From a virus (taxonomy: Duplodnaviria > Caudoviricetes), in the IMG/VR virus record IMGVR_UViG_3300031860_000069, positions 1 to 38,837 of that record: a DNA stretch of 38,837 nucleotides. The stretch is one strand, 5' to 3'. The notes under the pieces were generated by a model. It was given only the letters and a program-made list of their open reading frames with translations, was not told the DNA's origin and did no database searches. The position numbers and the translations under genes were made by a program. Positions 34,015 to 38,837 of the stretch are shown here, piece by piece (position 1 is the stretch's first letter; the number at the start of each line of letters is the position of its first letter).

Positions 34015-35451
34015 TCAGGTCTCGGTATTGCGGCTGTTGATCATGTTGAACCACTCCACCGATCCTGGCTGCGGCACTGGCGCCGGCCGCGCCTGCTCGC
34101 GCTGTTGCGCTTCGCGTTTCGCCTGTTGCCGGTACAGTTCGAAAATTCCCTCGCCGGGCATTGGTGCGACGAGCAGATCGCTAAAGGCCCACACCAGCGC
34201 GTCGACGCGGTCGGGCGAATAGCCGAGCGCGACGCGGTCCAAATCGATCGTGAAGGCGCACATCTGGTCTTCGAGCGTCGGGAAGGTGCCGACGTGGTGC
34301 ATGCGGCCCTGCTCGTAGAGTGCGGCCACTGGCTCGGCGCGCATCACCTTGCCGCGCGAGGCATGCACGGCCTTGAACGAGATATTCTTGTCGACCATGC
34401 GCAGCGTGGCTTCGACCATGTCGCCGCCGTTATTGACCTCGGCGACGATGCGGTCGGCCTTGTGCTTGCGGTACAAACCAATGGCCGTGTTGGCCCACTC
34501 GATCGGCGTGTAGCGGCCGGAACTGTCGTCGAGCACATAGCCGTGCCCCTCGGCGTCCTTGCCGGCGACGATGATGCCGGTCTCGTCGGAATCCTCGCCC
34601 GAGGTCACCGCCGGGTCGATCGCCACGACAATGCGGACGAGCTCGGGCACGCTCCTATAGGCGGGCCAGCGCAGCTCCTCGAGGCGCGCGCGGTTCCATA
34701 AGGCGCCGGGGACATCGTCGAGGACCTCGGCATCTAGTTCCTGACGGCCCAATCGCGTGCCCTCGTACTTGCTGATGATCTGTTGCAGAAAGGCTGGTGC
34801 TAGATTGTCCCGGTTGGCGTAAGTCGAGCCGCGGACCACGACCGTTGTCGGGTCGGCCAGCAGCTCGCGGATGATCTTGACGGGCTTTGGTGTCGTGGTG
34901 ACGACGACGCGCGGATCATTGCCGAGACGAAGCCCGAACATCAGCATGTCCCAGGCCTCGGGATAGCGCCAGGTGGCGATCTCGTCGCACCAGGCGAGGT
35001 CGTGCTGCGGACCGCGCAGGCGCTCCGGCTCGTCGGCGCTGTAGGTCGTGGCGATCGCGCCGTTGGGCCAGGTCAGTCGCCGCTTTGACGGCTCGTAAAC
35101 CGGCCGCTCGGTTTCGTGACCGACGGCGAGCAGACCGCTTTCACCCTCCACCATGACGTCACGGGCATCGGCCGCGGTTGCCGCGACCAGCGCGATGCGC
35201 CGGTGGCCGTGGCGATTGACTCGATCGTGGATGTACTCAGCGCCGGTGCGGGTTTTGCCAAAGCCGCGACCGGCCAACAGCAGCCAAGTACGCCACTCGC
35301 CAGGCGGCGGCAGCTGTTCTTCACGCGCCCAATATTTCCACCGGCGCGCCAGAAGTTGGCGTTGGACATCACTCAGTTTGTGGAGGAATTGCTTGCGCAG
35401 CGCTGGCGGCGAGTAGGCGATCGATTTTGCGATCGAGATCGTCTTCGGCAT
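34015..35451 (-). CDS. terL: Terminase large subunit
   Basis: Walker A AGRGFGKT; LRGPQHDLAWCDE; VTTTP; RNase H-like VVAIDPA, AEVNNGG, SPDRVDALVWA. Confidence 0.95.
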   Translation of the reverse strand: MPKTISIAKSIAYSPPALRKQFLHKLSDVQRQLLARRWKYWAREEQLPPPGEWRTWLLLAGRGFGKTRTGAEYIHDRVNRHGHRRIALVAATAADARDVMVEGESGLLAVGHETERPVYEPSKRRLTWPNGAIATTYSADEPERLRGPQHDLAWCDEIATWRYPEAWDMLMFGLRLGNDPRVVVTTTPKPVKIIRELLADPTTVVVRGSTYANRDNLAPAFLQQIISKYEGTRLGRQELDAEVLDDVPGALWNRARLEELRWPAYRSVPELVRIVVAIDPAVTSGEDSDETGIIVAGKDAEGHGYVLDDSSGRYTPIEWANTAIGLYRKHKADRIVAEVNNGGDMVEATLRMVDKNISFKAVHASRGKVMRAEPVAALYEQGRMHHVGTFPTLEDQMCAFTIDLDRVALGYSPDRVDALVWAFSDLLVAPMPGEGIFELYRQQAKREAQQREQARPAPVPQPGSVEWFNMINSRNTET

Positions 35452-35815
35452 GTCTGATTTCGATTGGGTCCCCGCCCGCGAGCCCGGTGTGCGCATGGAT
35501 GCTGACCTCGCGCAGGCCCATGCGGGTTTTGGCAAAGAAGATCAGCAGCGTTGCTTCTGTCCGCGGGTCTTTAATGCCGCCATCGCGTCCGAGCATGGTC
35601 GCGGCGATCCTTTTACCGGCCAGCAACTTCAGTTGGGTCGCACCCGCGGCGATCTCTTCCTTGAAATACTTGCGCAATGTCTTGGGGTCGATCGCCTTGC
35701 CGCTCTCAGGGTTTTTGATGATGCGGCAAATGTCGGTTTCCGGGATGCCAAAACCGATCAAGAGCTCGACGTTCTCGCTCTGCTCGGCGGTCGGCTCAAA
35801 GGCACGTCGAGGCAT
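35369..35815 (-). CDS. terS: Terminase small subunit
   Basis: FEPTAEQ..VELL.GFGIP..DI; KTLRKYFKEE; IFFAKTRMG; HTGLAGGDPI; overlaps the terL start. Confidence 0.78.
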   Translation of the reverse strand: MPRRAFEPTAEQSENVELLIGFGIPETDICRIIKNPESGKAIDPKTLRKYFKEEIAAGATQLKLLAGKRIAATMLGRDGGIKDPRTEATLLIFFAKTRMGLREVSIHAHTGLAGGDPIEIRHAEDDLDRKIDRLLAASAAQAIPPQTE

Positions 35816-35877
35816 TGGCACTGCATAAGTTGTTGAAACAAAAAAGCCGACGGTCTTCCGGGCGCCGGCTGTCGTTC

Positions 35878-36087
35878 TCAGAGAAAGCGAGTTCGATCGA
35901 TCGCTTCTGGGTGCTCGAGCAAGTAGAGCATCGCCAGCCTGACGACGTGCGGGATCTCGACGCCGGGCCTCTCGTAATTCTGTACACACCGCCACGTGCG
36001 ATCCAACGCCGTGCCGGCCTCACGCTGTGTCAGACCGAGGCGCTCGCGCCACTCAAAAAAGGTCAGCTGCTGCTGCGCACGTTGCAT
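35878..36087 (-). CDS. XRE-family HTH regulator
   Basis: WRERLGLTQREAGTALDRTWRCVQNYE...IP. Confidence 0.78.
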   Translation of the reverse strand: MQRAQQQLTFFEWRERLGLTQREAGTALDRTWRCVQNYERPGVEIPHVVRLAMLYLLEHPEAIDRTRFL

Positions 36088-36162
36088 GCCGCCGCGAAGA
36101 ATAGCCGGTCATCCGCCGGGACGCAATATTTTCGTGCTAACACGCCGCGTTTACCATCTATA

Positions 36163-36230
36163 CCAGTGGACGGAGACGAAATTTTTTCGTATGATGCGCG
36201 GCATCAGAAACCGGAGCACACCGATGAAAA
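36163..36230 (+). promoter_or_regulatory. Sigma70-like promoter/operator/RBS unit, copy 1
   Basis: TGGACG-17 bp-TATGAT; ACGAAA-N3-TTTCGT palindrome; GGAG-N7-ATG. Confidence 0.72.
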
Positions 36231-36787
36231 CGACAGACCGCGTTCTTGGATTTGAGGAGTTTCAGCGCACCCGCACGCCATGCGCCGATCTCGGTCAGGC
36301 ACTCGCCGACGCCCGTTGGCCGGTCAAAGGCCCGCCGGGCAAGGGCTTTCTCTACTGCTGCGGCGAACCCGACAAGGACGGCTATCGCGGCGGCCTTTAC
36401 ATCGAGGAGATCGCCTGTCATCCGCCGACCTCGACGAATGGCGCGCGCCAATATCTCCTGATCATCGGCAACTATGAGAGGGTCAGCGAGGACCTCGCCG
36501 CGCTTGAACTCGACCTCTACGACTTCGCAGTCCGCGAGGGCTACTGCGACAAGCAGACCGGGGAGACCTCACCGCAAGCTGGCGATTTCACGATGAGGCC
36601 GATGACCGAGGTGTCGCAAGACCCGGTGCACGAGACGGATGTCGACGCCATGGTCGACGCCGCCTTTGCGGCGCTGGCAGCACTACACCCCGAGTGCACG
36701 AGCGGAGACATGAACCCAGAGGTTCTGCACCGCGTGCGCGAGGTTCTCCGGGCCGCCGCTGAACATTCGGTCGAGGTCAACCAGTGA
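36224..36787 (+). CDS. Hypothetical protein
   Basis: Start re-called to MKTTDRV after the promoter/RBS repeat. Confidence 0.7.
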   Translation: MKTTDRVLGFEEFQRTRTPCADLGQALADARWPVKGPPGKGFLYCCGEPDKDGYRGGLYIEEIACHPPTSTNGARQYLLIIGNYERVSEDLAALELDLYDFAVREGYCDKQTGETSPQAGDFTMRPMTEVSQDPVHETDVDAMVDAAFAALAALHPECTSGDMNPEVLHRVREVLRAAAEHSVEVNQ

Positions 36788-37062
36788 GCCCACAGGACCA
36801 TCCCGTCACCCTTGATTTTATCGCTGGGCAGCTACAGCGCGTGCTATCGGAGTTGCGCACGCTGCGCGACGATGTCGATGTGCTGAGCGAAATCGCCCGC
36901 CGGCACGACGCCAGCTTTGACCGGCTCGAAGAGCGGCTCGACACCGGCCTAGCGGGAGTGCGCAGTGAGATGCGCGAAATCCGCGCTGAATTGCGGGCGA
37001 TGAACCGCCAGCAGCAGCGCACCGCTGCACGCGTGCGCGCCGTTGAAGAGCGGTCGACATGA
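36784..37062 (+). CDS. Coiled-coil hypothetical protein
   Basis: LDFIAGQLQRVLSELRTLRDDV; GTGA overlap. Confidence 0.7.
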   Translation: MSPQDHPVTLDFIAGQLQRVLSELRTLRDDVDVLSEIARRHDASFDRLEERLDTGLAGVRSEMREIRAELRAMNRQQQRTAARVRAVEERST

Positions 37063-37086
37063 CACCGGCGCGATCGAGCCGGACGC

Positions 37087-38448
37087 CTAACGCGCACAAC
37101 CGCGAATGCGGTCGAGGATCCATCGCATGACCGGCGCGGCCATGCTGTTGCCGATGGCGCGGTAACGCGGTCCATCGGCGGCCGGCTTGCCGCGGAATTC
37201 GATCGCCGTCCAGTCGGCAGGCAGTCCCTGCAGCCGCTCGCACTCGCGCGGCGTCAGCCGCCGCGGGGGCGCTACCGACAGTGGATCGGCGACCACGGCG
37301 TCTTCATTGCCCTTTTGTCGGTATTGGTGGACGCAGCCGCCGCCATGACCGCCGCTGAGCGGCGGGGCGACGTTGAGCGGTCTCGATTGCCGGTTGCCGC
37401 CAAAGGCAAGCAGCAGATCCTGGTCGCCCTTGTCGGCGTCGGCCGACAGCGGCGTCACGACAGCTGGTGCGCCATCCTTGCCGCGCGTGAAATGCGACGC
37501 CTTGAACACCAGAGGGGCGGCATCGCCCTTGCCCGAGAGTCCCGACTGCGCCTTCAGCGGCGCGCCGCAGCCGTTGCGGACAAAGCGGCTCTCAAACGCG
37601 ATTGCCGGCGCGTGACCTGCGGCCGCCAAGGGATGGCATGGGCCACCGGGTTTTGGCTGGCTGCGGTTCTCGGGGTGCGTGATCTGCGTCGTATCGAAGG
37701 CGATTGCCTGCCCGTTTGCGCCAGTGTTGGCCGTTCGCAGAGCGTAGGCGATCGCCGGCGAGCCGTCCTGGTCGAGGCTCATCGCCGGATCGCCGGCGCG
37801 GCCGATGCCGCCACCGTGCGTGGTGCTGCTGCCGCTTGCGCGAAGAGGCACAGCCGCAAGGTTTCCGGCAATGTCTTGCCTCGCGTCTCGGCGCGGCGCA
37901 GGATCCCGGCGCAGGCTTTGGCGCTCAAATAGAACCGCTGCGGCAGCTCGCCAGTCTCCAAGACATCCGACAATGAACAGGCGTCGGCGGCGCTGGGGCA
38001 CTCCGAAGAACTGAGCGTCCAGAATTCGGTAGGCGAACCCATACCCGCATTTTGCCAGCGCCCCGAGGATGGCGCCAAAGTCGCGCCCCGCTCCCGACGA
38101 CAACAGACCGGGGACGTTTTCGAAGACAACCCAGCGGGGTCGAATTCGGCCAATAAGGCCGAGGGCGACAAAGGCCAGGTTGCCACGCGGGTCATCCAGG
38201 CCTTGGCGCTTGCCGGCGACCGAGAACGATTGGCAGGGCGAGCCGAAGACGACGAGGTCGACCGGCTCAATGGCGGCAGGTTTGATTTTTCTGACATCAC
38301 CAAGGTTGAGAAGGTGGGGAAAGCGCTCGGCCAGCACGGCTGACGCGAACGGGTCGATTTCGGCGCACCAGCGCCAGTCGATCTTGGGTGCTGCGGCTTC
38401 GGGCGCGCCGATGCCGCTGAACAACGTGCCGCCGGTGAGCTTGTGCAA
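37087..38448 (-). CDS. dcm: DNA (cytosine-5) methyltransferase
   Basis: LFSGIG (I), GSPCQ (IV), ENVPG (VI), QRRRR (VIII), RRLTPRECERLQG (IX), IGNS (X). Confidence 0.93.
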   Translation of the reverse strand: MHKLTGGTLFSGIGAPEAAAPKIDWRWCAEIDPFASAVLAERFPHLLNLGDVRKIKPAAIEPVDLVVFGSPCQSFSVAGKRQGLDDPRGNLAFVALGLIGRIRPRWVVFENVPGLLSSGAGRDFGAILGALAKCGYGFAYRILDAQFFGVPQRRRRLFIVGCLGDWRAAAAVLFERQSLRRDPAPRRDARQDIAGNLAAVPLRASGSSTTHGGGIGRAGDPAMSLDQDGSPAIAYALRTANTGANGQAIAFDTTQITHPENRSQPKPGGPCHPLAAAGHAPAIAFESRFVRNGCGAPLKAQSGLSGKGDAAPLVFKASHFTRGKDGAPAVVTPLSADADKGDQDLLLAFGGNRQSRPLNVAPPLSGGHGGGCVHQYRQKGNEDAVVADPLSVAPPRRLTPRECERLQGLPADWTAIEFRGKPAADGPRYRAIGNSMAAPVMRWILDRIRGCAR

Positions 38449-38473
38449 TTATCCCACTCGTTAAGGTTGTTTC

Positions 38474-38540
38474 CCAGTGGACGGAGACGAAATTTTTTCG
38501 TATCGTGCGCGGTACAGAAACCGGAGCACACCGATGAAAA
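38474..38540 (+). promoter_or_regulatory. Sigma70-like promoter/operator/RBS unit, copy 2
   Basis: Near-identical to 36163..36230 (TGGACG-17 bp-TATCGT). Confidence 0.7.
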
Positions 38541-38578
38541 GCGAGGGGGGCGGCAGCGTTTTTTTCGGGAGGTCTTCA

Positions 38579-38837
38579 ATGGCTCTTCGCAACGACCCGA
38601 CCCGCAAGGGTCAACTCGCCGCTCCCAAGCGGCTCTTTGGCGAGTACCACCGCTATGCGGTGGCGCCGGTTCACACGCGCTTCGGCGCGGTCGAGTGGAT
38701 CGTGTGGGACGCCCACACCTGGGACGCCCACGGCGTCAACCCGGCCGTCATTCGGCAGGCCTCAACCGAGGCCGAAGCCGTTGCCGGCCTCGACGACATC
38801 ATGCGTGTGATCGCGCCGAACCTGACGCTGGTCAGCC
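38579..38837 (+). CDS. Hypothetical protein, truncated by the window end
   Basis: GGAGG RBS; MALRNDPTRKGQLAAPKRLFG...; open to the end of the window. Confidence 0.6.
   Translation, partial: MALRNDPTRKGQLAAPKRLFGEYHRYAVAPVHTRFGAVEWIVWDAHTWDAHGVNPAVIRQASTEAEAVAGLDDIMRVIAPNLTLVS

Noticed and set aside
34015-35451. Gene transfer agent cluster
   Set aside because: TerL motif resembles GTA-type terminases, but the intein, morons, dcm, tRNA and gene order indicate a genuine phage
37087-38448. Restriction-modification system
   Set aside because: No cognate endonuclease recognisable; consistent with an orphan phage methyltransferase

Overview
GC-rich temperate phage/prophage segment, probably from an Alphaproteobacterial host (inference). 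Almost the whole window is one minus-strand late region, read right to left. It begins with a C5-cytosine methyltransferase, an XRE regulator, TerS, TerL and an intein-containing portal with a HiPIP-like/ParB-like C-terminal extension. A 4.3-kb accessory/fibre cassette follows, then a Mu gpF-like head protein, prohead protease-scaffold, major capsid protein, tRNA-Ile(GAT), head-tail adaptor, HK97 gp10-like and tail-completion proteins, a GH25 endolysin and a terminator at about 56-81. No tail tube, tape measure or baseplate gene is recognisable. Instead, a sugar-modification toolkit is interleaved and translationally coupled with the structural genes: GmhA, two TPR-GT9-like glycosyltransferases, a GT-B/GT4-like enzyme, a WaaE/LgtF-like GT2, a DUF5672-like protein, a 2OG-Fe(II) oxygenase and four SAM methyltransferases. 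Three of the glycosyltransferases sit next to members of a small paralogous protein family. The leading hypothesis is a phage-encoded (heptose-based, methylated) virion glycosylation system. Other oddities are six plus-strand islands (five with almost no room for a promoter), a CTG-start or -1 frameshift junction, two dual-coding stretches, a diverged duplication bracketing the fibre cassette, and a duplicated promoter/operator. All family assignments come from motif recognition by eye; no database search was run.
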